Virus record (IMG/VR): IMGVR_UViG_3300043602_000027
Span: 1 to 47,732 of that record
Direction: 5' to 3' (one strand)
DNA from: a virus
Length of the DNA stretch: 47,732 bases
Part shown: piece after piece, positions 15,766 through 25,775 of the stretch
How positions within the stretch are numbered: position 1 is the stretch's first letter
Layout: every line of letters starts with the position of its first letter
Program-made: the position numbers and the translations under genes
The notes under the pieces: generated by a model
What the model was told of the DNA's origin: nothing
Databases searched by the model: none
Seen by the model: the letters and a program-made list of their open reading frames with translations, nothing else

Positions 15766-16014
15766 ATGCCACTAACATCTATCTCTCCCGGACCAGTATG
15801 GAATATACTTCAGGGAGTAGAATATGCATTAATTAATGCACCATGCAGAATTACTGCTGGTGTGTTAGTTCAGCGCAGCAATACTCTAGGGGGAGCCTAC
15901 TCAGATTGGGTAGGCTCTACTGGAGCTATACTGAATCCTAAAGGTGGATTCATTAAATGCGTTACGGGTAATACGACCATTAAGGCAGTAAAGCTGAAGA
16001 TGAAGGAACTTTAG
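15766..16014 (+). CDS. hypothetical protein (82 aa)
   Basis: ORF track. Its ATG directly abuts the upstream TAA stop (15763-15765) with no overlap. Confidence 0.5.
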   Translation: MPLTSISPGPVWNILQGVEYALINAPCRITAGVLVQRSNTLGGAYSDWVGSTGAILNPKGGFIKCVTGNTTIKAVKLKMKEL

Positions 16015-16024
16015 GGAGTAAGCC

Positions 16025-16228
16025 ATGCCATTAGATAGGGAGTCACCAATCAAGCGAACTAAGATAGCCAAGATGGGTATAGCCAAACTTCGTGAGGAAG
16101 GTAAGGCTTATAAATTAACTCCTGAAACTGCAAGAGCAGCAGTAGAAACAAGATGGCGTAACGCGCGCCTCCGAAAGCAGAAAGAACTAGAAGATGCGAT
16201 GATTGCAGCAAACGCGCGCAAACCATAG
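16025..16228 (+). CDS. small basic helical protein directly upstream of terL (small terminase candidate)
   Basis: ORF track. The call rests on position and on Lys/Arg-rich helices only. Confidence 0.4.
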   Translation: MPLDRESPIKRTKIAKMGIAKLREEGKAYKLTPETARAAVETRWRNARLRKQKELEDAMIAANARKP

Positions 16229-16237
16229 CAATAAGTG

Positions 16238-17866
16238 ATGGAAGAAATCAAGGGTAATTCGGGTAAGATATGGCGTCCACACTCGAAGCAGGAAGAATTT
16301 CTTCAGTTACCCTTCTCTATCTTTGAAGGCTTCTTCGGTGGAGCCGCAGGCCCAGGCAAGACGGAAACACTAATGATGTTTCCTATTGTGCATGGGTTCT
16401 ATAAGCATCCCGGCTTTAAAGGAATTCTACTGCGCCGCACGTTTCCAGACTTAGAGAAAGAGATAATACTAAGAAGTCAAGAGTATTTCCCACTAACAGG
16501 CGGGAAGTATAATGAACAAAAGAAACGATGGTCATGGCCGTGGGGCGCATACTTTATCTTTGGACATGCTGAACATGAGAAAGATATACGTAGTTACGAT
16601 TCTGCTGAATATAACTATGTTGCTTTCGACGAACTTACTCACTTCACAGAGTTTCAATATCTTTATCTCGTTCTTACTAGGTGTCGTAGCAGCGACCCTA
16701 GTTTACCTGCTATCGTCCGCAGTGCTAGCAACCCTGGGAATATTGGTCACTCGTGGGTTAGAAAAAGATTCATCGAACCATATAAAGAAGGTGGGCGGAT
16801 ATTAGAAGAGAAAGTCAGAGATATTACTGGTAAGGAAGTAACTAATAAGAGAATCTTTATACCAGCATATGCTACTGATAATCCTACTCTACTAAAGAAT
16901 GACCCCGGCTATCTCGCAAGAATGGAGATGCTGCCGGAAGCTGAGAAGCGCGCAAAGATTCATGGAGATTGGTGGACATTTAGCGGGCAAGTCTTTAGGG
17001 AATTTCGTAGTGAGAAATTTCCAGATGAGCCAGCGAATGCAATCCATGTTGGGGAGCCAGTAAGAATACCCGATTGGTGGCCGCGATTCGCTCATTTTGA
17101 TTGGGGGACTACCGCAGCGACTGTTGGTTACTGGGGCGCACTATCTCCAAATAGTAAGCTATATGTTTATCGGGAATACTCAGAAAAAGGTAAGAAAGTA
17201 TTTGATTGGGGAACTGACTTCAAACAACTTTCTTTTGGGGAAAACGTTAGGCGAGTAGGTCTGTGTCATTCAGCATTTGCACAACGTGGTGAAGAATTTA
17301 CACTAGCGCAGCAGTTCCAAAAGTATGCTGGGATGGAACCGGCTAGTTCGGGAAGAGATAGAATCGGTGGGAAGATGTTACTCCATGATTTCCTGAGATG
17401 GAAACCATTGGAGACAATTAGATTAGATAAGTCGGAATTCGACCAGACACTAGCAGATAAGATATATAGATTCTATGGGGAAGCGAAGCTAAATGAATAC
17501 TTAGCTCACTTCAAAGACCCTGAGCCAGAAACGAATATTCCCCGGCTCTATATATTTGATTCATGCACTGAGCTTATCAATACCATACCGCTCTGCGTGT
17601 ACGATGAAACAAATAAGGAAGATGTCGCTGAGTTTGATGGAGATGACCCCTACGATTCAGTGCGCGGCTTACTCAAGATATGTGATAACTATTTACGTGA
17701 AGCGCGCGCAGATAGAAGCAGGGACGAAGCCGTAGAGAAAGTAATGAATAAGTTAGAAGTAACTAATGACCAGACTCAGTTTTATCGCCAAATGGAATTC
17801 CTTGACGCAAAGAATAAGAAACCTGTTTTTGGCGTTAGGCGGCCTAGTCGCTTTGGTCGGAGATAA
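16238..17866 (+). CDS. terL: terminase large subunit
   Basis: Walker A GGAAGPGKTE, Walker B YVAFDELTHF, and a C-terminal nuclease-like region. The ORF track starts at GTG 16235, but the ATG at 16238 is preferred. Confidence 0.85.
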   Translation: MEEIKGNSGKIWRPHSKQEEFLQLPFSIFEGFFGGAAGPGKTETLMMFPIVHGFYKHPGFKGILLRRTFPDLEKEIILRSQEYFPLTGGKYNEQKKRWSWPWGAYFIFGHAEHEKDIRSYDSAEYNYVAFDELTHFTEFQYLYLVLTRCRSSDPSLPAIVRSASNPGNIGHSWVRKRFIEPYKEGGRILEEKVRDITGKEVTNKRIFIPAYATDNPTLLKNDPGYLARMEMLPEAEKRAKIHGDWWTFSGQVFREFRSEKFPDEPANAIHVGEPVRIPDWWPRFAHFDWGTTAATVGYWGALSPNSKLYVYREYSEKGKKVFDWGTDFKQLSFGENVRRVGLCHSAFAQRGEEFTLAQQFQKYAGMEPASSGRDRIGGKMLLHDFLRWKPLETIRLDKSEFDQTLADKIYRFYGEAKLNEYLAHFKDPEPETNIPRLYIFDSCTELINTIPLCVYDETNKEDVAEFDGDDPYDSVRGLLKICDNYLREARADRSRDEAVEKVMNKLEVTNDQTQFYRQMEFLDAKNKKPVFGVRRPSRFGRR

Positions 17867-17867
17867 A

Positions 17868-18200
17868 TTGAGAAATCTATTTGCCTGTCGGGAATGTAAT
17901 AGATTAGAGGCATTAGTTTTATCGGAGCGTAACAGAGGCAATGATTTACTAGGCTTGCTGAATCAAGCGAACTTCCAATTAGAAGTTGAACGCGAGCACT
18001 CTAAACTTCTAGAAGATAGATTTTTGAATTCTATCGGGGCAGCTCCCCGTAGTGAAGTGCGGGTATCGGTCCACACTGACATGAAGCCTTTTGGTGGCGT
18101 TGAGCGGCTAGGCACTAAGATTACTAGATTACAGGAAGCTAGTAAGGAAAAGCTCAAGAAGAGATTAGCCGAAGAAGAAAAGAAAATAAATAATGGCTGA
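17868..18200 (+). CDS. hypothetical coiled-coil protein (110 aa from a TTG start)
   Basis: The ORF track gives 17766..18200, overlapping terL by 100 nt. An in-frame TTG at 17868 follows GGAG (17858-17861) and sits 1 nt after the terL stop. The 3' end overlaps the portal ATG. Confidence 0.4.
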   Translation: MRNLFACRECNRLEALVLSERNRGNDLLGLLNQANFQLEVEREHSKLLEDRFLNSIGAAPRSEVRVSVHTDMKPFGGVERLGTKITRLQEASKEKLKKRLAEEEKKINNG

Positions 18201-20649
18201 CCTATTCGAGCAAGATTTAATGCAAGACCCCATGCAGGAAGAAGCTGACGCCGAAAGTCAGCCCCTCCCCGATATGGAACTCACTGAGTCAGTAGGGACT
18301 GAGGAACAATCTCAACCCGAAACTCAGGAGCGTGGGCCATCAGGTTATCCGCCCGAAGTAGAGGCGGCACTAATTGCATTGGATGATTTCTTTGCTAAAG
18401 AAGATGAAGGCATGAGGAATAACATGCTTTCATTCTGGAAGAAGTTAGAGAATTATTTTGGGGGAATTCAAAGAATCTTTTGGGATTTCGATGCTGAAGA
18501 GTGGAGAGGAATTGATTTAGATAATCTTGACCCGTCGATGTATGATAAGATTATCAATATCTATCGCGCGCACGGAGAAGCCATTATCGCTGCACTTTCC
18601 ATTAAATTACCCAATGTAAACTTTCTTCCCGATGATGCAGATGAAGTAGATGATATTAATACTGCAAATGCATACAGCAAGATAAGCGAACTAATCTCAA
18701 GACATAATAATGGTATTTTGATTTTCATCAAAGCATTGTTTATTCTATTTAATCAAGGAGTCTGCGCCGCATATATCTACAATAGAAAGAAGAATGATTA
18801 TGGCACAGTGGATGTCCCTGAGTATGGCGATGATGTTAGTGTTGTTACTCACACTCTCACTTGCCCTGTCTGTCAGGGGTATATACGTGAATTTCAGGAT
18901 AAGAAACCAGCGAGCGCGACTCAGGGAGCGCAGCCACCGCAGCCGGGAATTAATCCGGAAGCACCACCTAATACACCAGCGGGGGCACCACCCCAGTCGA
19001 TGAATACACCGGGGACATTTCAGCAGCCACCTAATGCACCACCTCCCCCTATGCCAGAAATGGGTGGAATGCAGCCACCTTTACCGGGAATGGAAGAAAT
19101 GCCCCAGTTAGAGCCTTGCCCTAATTGCGGTGCTGAAGTAGAACCGGAAGATAATACAGTAGATGAAACATTCCCACAAATTGTAGGCTACACCAAAGAA
19201 GCAAAGTCGCGCACAATAATAGATGTCTTCGGTCCCATGTATGCTCATATGCCATTCTACGCGCGGCACCAAGAGCATATGCCATACATTAGACTTCGAT
19301 TTGAGCAGCACTTTTCGCTCATCAAGGCAATGTATGAGAACCTGCGGGATAAAGTTGTGGGCGGGACAGACAGCCAGAATTTTGATAGGGAAGTGCGCGC
19401 GTGGAATAATTTAGATGACGCCTATTCTACTAATCTAGTAACGACCACATGCGCGTGGTATCGCCCGTGGGCTTACGAAGTGTTAGACTTGGAATCCGTT
19501 AAGAAGCTCAAAGAATATTTTCCTGATGGAGTATACTTTGTAAAGTTTAAGAATAACATCGCAGAGGCGCGCAATGAGAAGTTGGATGAACACTGGGAAG
19601 TTACTTATAATCCATTCTCTAATTTCATCCACGCCGACCCGATGGGGAAACCACTTGCTCCGTTGCAGGAAATAAGAAATGAAATAACTGACTTAGCATT
19701 AGATACGTTTGAGCATTCAATCCCTGAAACATTTGTAGATACTGGCGTTTTAGATTTCGATGCATACCAGAAATCACAAGCACGCCCCGGAATGAAATAT
19801 CCCGTCAAGATGCCAATGGGACGCGGACTAGCAGATGCATTTTATACTGACAAGCCAGCAATGATGTCAGATGAAATGAAAGAATTTCGTAAAGCAGTTG
19901 ACCTAGACGCGCAATTTGTAACGGGTAGCTTCCCATCAATATATGGCGGTCCTGCTACGGGGGGAAGTAAGACTGCGAAAGAATACTCTGAGAGCCGCGC
20001 GATGGCTCTACAAAGATTAAATACTACATGGTCAATGTTGAAACATTGGTGGGCCAATATAATGTCTAAGGCCATACCACTATACATTGATGCATTAGTG
20101 GATGATGAAAAGTTCGTGAAGAAAGAGGGATATACTGGATTCACGAATGTTTGGATTAGGCAAGCTGAGCTTTCTGGTAAAGTGGGAAGAGTTGAACCAG
20201 AAGCTAATGAAGAGTTGCCTAGCAGCTTTGCACAATATAAAGGTATCTTGATGGAGCTAATCACTCTAAACAATGATGCCATTAATCAGGCAGTCTTTAA
20301 CCCACAGAACACGCAGAATGTCGCGCGCGTCTTAGGGTGGCCTGAATTCTATATACCGGGACAGGACGACCGCGATAAACAGTATGGGGAAATTTCTGAA
20401 ATCTTACAGGGGATGGAAGTTACTCCTGAGATTGGTGTGGATGATGACATGGTTCATCTCCAAACGACTAGAAGTTGGGCTGTATCGCCTACTGGAATCG
20501 CTACTAAGAAATCTAATCCCGAAGGGTATATGAAAGTTGTGGCGCACGGAAAAGCGCACATGGATAACATGATTAAGATGAGAGAGGGTAATGCTTTCTC
20601 CCAGCCGGGAGAGCCTAGCCCAAGTAATGCTGATACGGCTGTCGAATAG
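18193..20649 (+). CDS. portal protein (818 aa) with P/Q-rich insertion inside a split zinc ribbon
   Basis: Position immediately after terL and before the scaffold and capsid genes, plus size. CPVCQGY ... ~85 aa Pro/Gln-rich ... CPNCGAEV. Confidence 0.6.
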   Translation: MADLFEQDLMQDPMQEEADAESQPLPDMELTESVGTEEQSQPETQERGPSGYPPEVEAALIALDDFFAKEDEGMRNNMLSFWKKLENYFGGIQRIFWDFDAEEWRGIDLDNLDPSMYDKIINIYRAHGEAIIAALSIKLPNVNFLPDDADEVDDINTANAYSKISELISRHNNGILIFIKALFILFNQGVCAAYIYNRKKNDYGTVDVPEYGDDVSVVTHTLTCPVCQGYIREFQDKKPASATQGAQPPQPGINPEAPPNTPAGAPPQSMNTPGTFQQPPNAPPPPMPEMGGMQPPLPGMEEMPQLEPCPNCGAEVEPEDNTVDETFPQIVGYTKEAKSRTIIDVFGPMYAHMPFYARHQEHMPYIRLRFEQHFSLIKAMYENLRDKVVGGTDSQNFDREVRAWNNLDDAYSTNLVTTTCAWYRPWAYEVLDLESVKKLKEYFPDGVYFVKFKNNIAEARNEKLDEHWEVTYNPFSNFIHADPMGKPLAPLQEIRNEITDLALDTFEHSIPETFVDTGVLDFDAYQKSQARPGMKYPVKMPMGRGLADAFYTDKPAMMSDEMKEFRKAVDLDAQFVTGSFPSIYGGPATGGSKTAKEYSESRAMALQRLNTTWSMLKHWWANIMSKAIPLYIDALVDDEKFVKKEGYTGFTNVWIRQAELSGKVGRVEPEANEELPSSFAQYKGILMELITLNNDAINQAVFNPQNTQNVARVLGWPEFYIPGQDDRDKQYGEISEILQGMEVTPEIGVDDDMVHLQTTRSWAVSPTGIATKKSNPEGYMKVVAHGKAHMDNMIKMREGNAFSQPGEPSPSNADTAVE

Positions 20650-20658
20650 GATAAATTA

Positions 20659-21984
20659 ATGAGAATCTTCTTTGAAACACCCGGAGATAAACCAGCATTG
20701 GGAGTTACTGTTCCCGGTGAAGGTGCAGATGACTTTAAGAATGACCTAGACCTACTGGGTGTAGAGGAATATAAAGAAACTAAACCTGCTGCTGGGGAGT
20801 CAGAGGAAACAGATGGTGACTTGCCAAAGAAGACCAAGAAGGCTGACGAAGAATCAGATGCTGTCCCTGATGAAGACGGCGAAGCAGAGCCTGATGAAGA
20901 AGTCGAAGAGGAAAGCGAAGAAGACGCTGATAAGAAATTAAAAGCTAAAGAAGATGAAGAACCTGAAGAGGATTTAGTCAGGCATTCTTACTCTGCGATA
21001 AAGAAAGAATATCCAGAGTTATTCAAAAAGTTTCCGGGTTTAAAGCAAGCATTCTTTAGGGAGCAGGAGTTTACTAAACTCTTCCCAACAATAGAGGATG
21101 CTAAAGCTGCCGTAGGTGCATCTGAAGTTTATCAAGAGATGCGAATGGCAGTTATCACTGGGAACGCTGAAGAGTTTTTGGGACAACTGAAGACATCTAA
21201 CGCTGAAGCTCTGGAGAATTTTGCTGGTAATTTTCTGCCAGACTTACGTAAAGTAGATAAGCAGCTTTTCATAGATGTTACCAGCCCAATAATTAAAAAC
21301 TTATTGAGGTCAGTATTAGTTGACGGAGCAGATGCTAAAGATGAGAATATCGTCGCTGCTGCTAAAGTAGTGCATCATGCTATCTTCGGTGGGAAGTATG
21401 ATGATATTGGCGATGAAGTTAAGCCAATGGGCAGGCAACGCGCGCCTGCCGATGACCCTGATAGAATGCAGCTTAGTAAAGAAAAGCAGGAATTCTATCA
21501 GACGAAGTTTAATACTTTAAGAACTGAAATCTGGAATGATATCGAAGCATCAATAAATAAAGATATCGAGAAGGGATTGGACCCGACTAATTCCATTAGG
21601 CCGGGACTAAGAAAACTCATCACCGAAAAGATATTTAGTGAAGTCACCAAGAAAATAGCTGGTGACGAACAACACATGCAACGGATGAATGAGTTGTGGC
21701 GGCGTGAGGCAGCTAATGGGTATAGTGGTAAGCTTAAAGAGAGTATAAGAACAACGTATCTCTCGCGTGCAAAAGCGATTATACCACCTATCCGTCAGAA
21801 GGTTCGCGCGGATATTACGGCACAACAGAAGAAGGAAGATACGACTAAGCGGGATAAGTTAGGGAAGAATGCTGGAGCTGACCGTAGTGTTCCCGGTCCT
21901 ACTGGAAGTAACAGAAAGTCAGCAATTACAGCAAAAGAGGCAAATTCTAAAAGAATGTCAGACATGGACATTCTAAATTCTTAG
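20659..21984 (+). CDS. scaffolding protein
   Basis: Lies between the portal and capsid genes. Very acidic N-terminal third (EESDAVPDEDGEAEPDEEVEEESEEDADKK) followed by long helical, charged sequence. Confidence 0.55.
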   Translation: MRIFFETPGDKPALGVTVPGEGADDFKNDLDLLGVEEYKETKPAAGESEETDGDLPKKTKKADEESDAVPDEDGEAEPDEEVEEESEEDADKKLKAKEDEEPEEDLVRHSYSAIKKEYPELFKKFPGLKQAFFREQEFTKLFPTIEDAKAAVGASEVYQEMRMAVITGNAEEFLGQLKTSNAEALENFAGNFLPDLRKVDKQLFIDVTSPIIKNLLRSVLVDGADAKDENIVAAAKVVHHAIFGGKYDDIGDEVKPMGRQRAPADDPDRMQLSKEKQEFYQTKFNTLRTEIWNDIEASINKDIEKGLDPTNSIRPGLRKLITEKIFSEVTKKIAGDEQHMQRMNELWRREAANGYSGKLKESIRTTYLSRAKAIIPPIRQKVRADITAQQKKEDTTKRDKLGKNAGADRSVPGPTGSNRKSAITAKEANSKRMSDMDILNS

Positions 21985-21993
21985 GAGTTAGAA

Positions 21994-23241
21994 ATGCAAA
22001 CAGAATCAATGGTAGTTGCGACGGAACTTGAAAGAGTTCTGCCGAAAGTGCCAACCCTATTTGATAGGGATGACGTTTTCTATAGCTCAGTCGAGAAGAC
22101 ACCAGTTGAAGTTGTCTCAGCGAGGGATATGAGAATCCCTCTGGAATTGCGTCCCGGTGGATACTTTGGTTACTTTGACGCTGAGAACGGAGACTTGGGA
22201 GTTGGCGATGGCCCAACATATGACAAGGCTGTTATCAGCACTGTCAATATGAAGCATGGCATTCAGTGGACTACGAAATCCGAGTGGGCGACTGATGACA
22301 AGCGGAAGGCCGTATTGCAGAATCTTCGTGAACTGCTTGCCAAGTCGATGAAAGAGTTTCGGCGTCAAGTCGATTCACAGTGCATGACGGCGGGCACTGG
22401 CGTATTGGCGACGGTTACGTCATTCGTGACGGCTGGCGGCAACGATACCATTACCTGCACGACTGATGGTTATGGTGTGCGCCTCATGCGGTTTGGTCAG
22501 CGCGTGAGCGTCTATAACGCAGCGCGGACGGTGAACAAGACTCCCGGCGGTCCAGTAAAGATTAGCGCACTGGACTTGGCTAACAAGACATTCACGATTC
22601 CAGCTACTGCGGGTATCGCAGCGGGCGACGTGATTCTGCCGGAAGGTCTTACCGGAACAACGCCTGTCGGTCTTTATGGCGTTCCCTATCATGTTAGTGC
22701 TTCTACTTCAGGAAGCTGGCTGGGATTGCCCCGGTCTACCACACCGGAAGTTGTGGCTAACAGGGTGAACGCTGCGGGCGCGCTCGCACTGCCACACGGA
22801 AGACTTGCCATCAATAAGATTGGTGACAGGGTTGGTATGGATAACAATTTCAAGCCTATTGCTTGGATGCATCCCTGCCAGAAGCAAGCCTATGAGGAAC
22901 TGGGTCAGATGGTCAGCATCATACAGAAACAGCCTAAGCAAGAGGGGCTGGATTTGTATTTCAATGACAACATGCAGCTTGCTGGCGCTCCGATTCGCAC
23001 TTCCTATTCGTGGGATAAAACACGAATTGACTTCCTCATCAACGAGCTTTGGGGCCGCGCTGAGATGAAGTCAGCAGGATTCTATGAAGTAGATGGACGC
23101 CGTATCTTTGAGATGCGCGGTCCTTCAGGTGGAGTTGCTACTAGCCAGGTTTTCTATCTGGTAGTCAGCTTCAATCTCTTCGTGAAGAATCCCGCAGCGT
23201 GCAGCTATATCGACGGGCTTGCGGTTCCAGCAGGTTACTAA
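21994..23241 (+). CDS. major capsid protein (HK97-fold expected)
   Basis: Position after the scaffold gene, size 415 aa, GC-richer codon usage, and followed by a small gene and a strong terminator. No motif-level proof. Confidence 0.65.
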   Translation: MQTESMVVATELERVLPKVPTLFDRDDVFYSSVEKTPVEVVSARDMRIPLELRPGGYFGYFDAENGDLGVGDGPTYDKAVISTVNMKHGIQWTTKSEWATDDKRKAVLQNLRELLAKSMKEFRRQVDSQCMTAGTGVLATVTSFVTAGGNDTITCTTDGYGVRLMRFGQRVSVYNAARTVNKTPGGPVKISALDLANKTFTIPATAGIAAGDVILPEGLTGTTPVGLYGVPYHVSASTSGSWLGLPRSTTPEVVANRVNAAGALALPHGRLAINKIGDRVGMDNNFKPIAWMHPCQKQAYEELGQMVSIIQKQPKQEGLDLYFNDNMQLAGAPIRTSYSWDKTRIDFLINELWGRAEMKSAGFYEVDGRRIFEMRGPSGGVATSQVFYLVVSFNLFVKNPAACSYIDGLAVPAGY

Positions 23242-23422
23242 TTGGTAAGTTAACATGAGAAAGCTGCTGTTTATTGCGCGGCTCATCAGGTTAATTATCA
23301 AAATCAAAAAGGGTTGACGGGCTAGGTTAGTGAAGTCAGGCTAACTGCTTGAACCGGGGATAGTGGGCTTAAGTAGGAATAGACACGCTGGCCTAGCCGT
23401 CATATAGCATAGGAGAATTGAA

Positions 23423-23755
23423 ATGCCGAACGTAGATTTTGGACAAATTGGTGCAAATATTGGAAGTGCTACTGGGCCAATCGTGGGACCAGTGTTGGCG
23501 TCAGCCGCTGGATTAATGCCAGCACCCACGCATCGAATTCACCACGTATCGGGCGCACTGGCAATCACTCTCATTCCGTTGCCCTATCCGGGCTTTCAGG
23601 GTGATTTGATTTTCATCCCCGATGGTGCATTCACTGGTGCGACTGGTGGAGTAGCCACGGATGTTAACAAGCCTGTTGGGTTGGCATTCACCGCTGTTGT
23701 GGGAAGACCGCTTCGGTTGACCTACGATGGCAATATGTGGTATCCCGGTTACTAA
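23423..23755 (+). CDS. Gly/Pro-rich small structural protein (possible capsid decoration)
   Basis: ORF track. Strong SD (TAGCATAGGAGAA-N6-ATG). Intrinsic terminator immediately downstream. Confidence 0.55.
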   Translation: MPNVDFGQIGANIGSATGPIVGPVLASAAGLMPAPTHRIHHVSGALAITLIPLPYPGFQGDLIFIPDGAFTGATGGVATDVNKPVGLAFTAVVGRPLRLTYDGNMWYPGY

Positions 23756-23763
23756 GATAGGAG

Positions 23764-23791
23764 ATGGGGAGCTAATAACTCCCCATTTTTT
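23764..23791 (+). terminator. intrinsic terminator after the capsid gene pair
   Basis: ATGGGGAG-CTAATAA-CTCCCCAT followed by TTTTT. Confidence 0.8.
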
Positions 23792-23796
23792 AAAAC

Positions 23797-24552
23797 ATGG
23801 TTGACAAAAATCAATTCGTCACCGGGGAAAAGTTACCAAGTCAGACTATTCCCGGTGAAAATCCGGGGGCTACTCAGCTTCCTGCTGGACAGAAGCCTAT
23901 TGGTGGATTGCCTAATCCAATCAAGCCATCAGTGCCAGCAACAAAGCCAGTGGAACCATCGAAGCCTAAAGAGCCAGAAGCTCCTAAGTTTCCAGTGGAA
24001 GCTGAACTAAAGCGCATGAAGAGTGAGCAAAAAGATTTGCAGTTTCAGATTGTTAAGAGTGCAGATGAAGTAAAAGCTGCATTAGCTGGGCGCGCGATAG
24101 GCGAAATCCCAGTAACAGGTGGCGACCCCTATTGGGTGGCTGTGGCGCACCATCAGGATGTATATCGTTTACTCAAGAATCTGGAAGATAAGATTCTCAC
24201 TTACCAAGAATGGGGTAAGATACCTCCTGAGCCTCCAGTCGCATCGGCACCGCCAGTAGTTAACTCACTCAATCCTTCCTCTGCTGCATTAGGGAGTCCA
24301 TCTTTTGTTCTGCATGTTATGGGAACTGGATTTGACCCCGCTAGTGTAATCGTGTGGAATGGAAGTAATGAGCCTACTACTTTCGTGAGTCCCACGGAAG
24401 TGACTACTAGTGTGAATATGTCTACTGCTGAAGTAGCAATGCCTATTCCAGTAGCAGTTCGGAATCCAGATGGTGTAACATCAGCAGCTAAAACTTTCAC
24501 ACTTACTGCTGCACCGGGAACGCTGTCAACGAAGTTGCCAGATAAGAAGTAA
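23797..24552 (+). CDS. head or neck-associated protein with C-terminal IPT/TIG-like Ig domain
   Basis: Pro-rich N-terminus. The C-terminal ~85 aa (NSLNPSSAALGSPSFVLHVMGTGFDPASVIVWNG...VAVRNPDGVTSAAKTFTL) fits the IPT/TIG Ig-like pattern. Confidence 0.55.
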   Translation: MVDKNQFVTGEKLPSQTIPGENPGATQLPAGQKPIGGLPNPIKPSVPATKPVEPSKPKEPEAPKFPVEAELKRMKSEQKDLQFQIVKSADEVKAALAGRAIGEIPVTGGDPYWVAVAHHQDVYRLLKNLEDKILTYQEWGKIPPEPPVASAPPVVNSLNPSSAALGSPSFVLHVMGTGFDPASVIVWNGSNEPTTFVSPTEVTTSVNMSTAEVAMPIPVAVRNPDGVTSAAKTFTLTAAPGTLSTKLPDKK

Positions 24553-24555
24553 GTT

Positions 24556-25056
24556 ATGTCTGAGGACATTACAATCAATCGGTGGCTGAAAGATAGCTAT
24601 GGTAATGTTCCTTGGGCAGATTTACCACGATATCGGGTAGTGTGGACTACGGGCCTGACAGAAAAAAGGTTTATCAAAGATAGACAAGTTTTCTCAGGCC
24701 CAATTTATCTTCGGACTGAAACTGGTGTGTTTACAGTGCCGAAGTATCCTTTTGCTAAAGATAGGTGGGCATTAGAGTGTTGTATGCATCTTCCGCCTGA
24801 ATACGGAATAGTTGATGCGAATCACACTTATGAACCTATCTTTGTAATGCAAGATAACAAGGGTAATTTTCTCCCGTTAGAGAGGCGCGCAATAGCTATT
24901 ATAGTTTTCTTCCATCAGCATCCAGATTTGACGAGACTCTCGCCTACTGACGTTGCTGAGATGGAAAAAAGAATTGACGCGCAAGAAGTGGCAGAGTTTG
25001 AAGCAAAGTTAGAGAATGAAATGTCTGACCCATATCAGATAGATTTGATTGAATAG
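24556..25056 (+). CDS. hypothetical structural-module protein (head-tail adaptor candidate)
   Basis: ORF track. Called from position only. Confidence 0.5.
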   Translation: MSEDITINRWLKDSYGNVPWADLPRYRVVWTTGLTEKRFIKDRQVFSGPIYLRTETGVFTVPKYPFAKDRWALECCMHLPPEYGIVDANHTYEPIFVMQDNKGNFLPLERRAIAIIVFFHQHPDLTRLSPTDVAEMEKRIDAQEVAEFEAKLENEMSDPYQIDLIE

Positions 25057-25066
25057 GAGCTAGAAA

Positions 25067-25774
25067 ATGCCAAGCCCGTTGACGGTCAGTGAGATAATTA
25101 ATAAGAAGACAGAGATGCAGAAGAATGTGGATAAGTCTGTCTGCACTGTGATTAGTGGAGTGCCATTCAGATTCAGTGAATCCAAACCGGGATTGTTTCC
25201 CATTGGATTGTTTACTATTCCACCAGTGAAAGAAATAGGTCAAATTAACTCACTGATTATCAACGAAGGATTCTACTTCAGATATGTTGGTGAAGGGAAA
25301 TCTATCGAGCAATATGAGAAGGCACCAGTTATCGCTAACTCAGTAGTAATGGATTACGTTAATGCTCAGATTGGCGTAAACATTACTGATTTTGAGGAAG
25401 ATAAACACGCGCGCCCCGCGATATTTTGGGTGTTTGGGTCGCACACTAACGAAGAAGCGCGGGCATACTTTAAGACCGAAATCGAGCTAGCTTTACTCCA
25501 ACAGCGTCAATGGTTTAATGCGTTGGTTCAAATAGCTGACGATGATTGGGCTAAGAATCACATGCATCGTGGCATTAGTGATTTGCAGCGATATGCTGCT
25601 CATGCACTAAATCTTCGCAAAGAGTGGATGAATCCCGCTGCGATGAACGCACAGCCTGATGTATGCCCCGCGTGCAAGTCGATGATTCCCGGTGGCGCAC
25701 TGATTTGCCAGATTTGCCGAACGATTATCAATCGTGAAGCATACGAAAAACTTAATTTGAAACAGGCGGTCTAA
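25067..25774 (+). CDS. hypothetical structural-module protein with C-terminal zinc ribbon
   Basis: ORF track. Contains CPACKSMIPGGALICQICRTII. Confidence 0.5.
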   Translation: MPSPLTVSEIINKKTEMQKNVDKSVCTVISGVPFRFSESKPGLFPIGLFTIPPVKEIGQINSLIINEGFYFRYVGEGKSIEQYEKAPVIANSVVMDYVNAQIGVNITDFEEDKHARPAIFWVFGSHTNEEARAYFKTEIELALLQQRQWFNALVQIADDDWAKNHMHRGISDLQRYAAHALNLRKEWMNPAAMNAQPDVCPACKSMIPGGALICQICRTIINREAYEKLNLKQAV

Positions 25775-25775
25775 C

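Noticed and set aside
17766-17867. ATG start at 17766 for the ORF after terL
   Set aside because: It would overlap terL by 100 nt. An SD-preceded TTG at 17868 is more plausible, so the 5' extension is rejected.
23245-23422. Possible promoter (TTGACG at 23314) and a 20-aa ORF between the capsid gene and the next gene
   Set aside because: There is no acceptable -10 at 16-19 bp. The mini-ORF has no SD. The inverted repeat ACGGGCTAGG/CCTAGCCGT may form a leader structure, but the evidence is thin.
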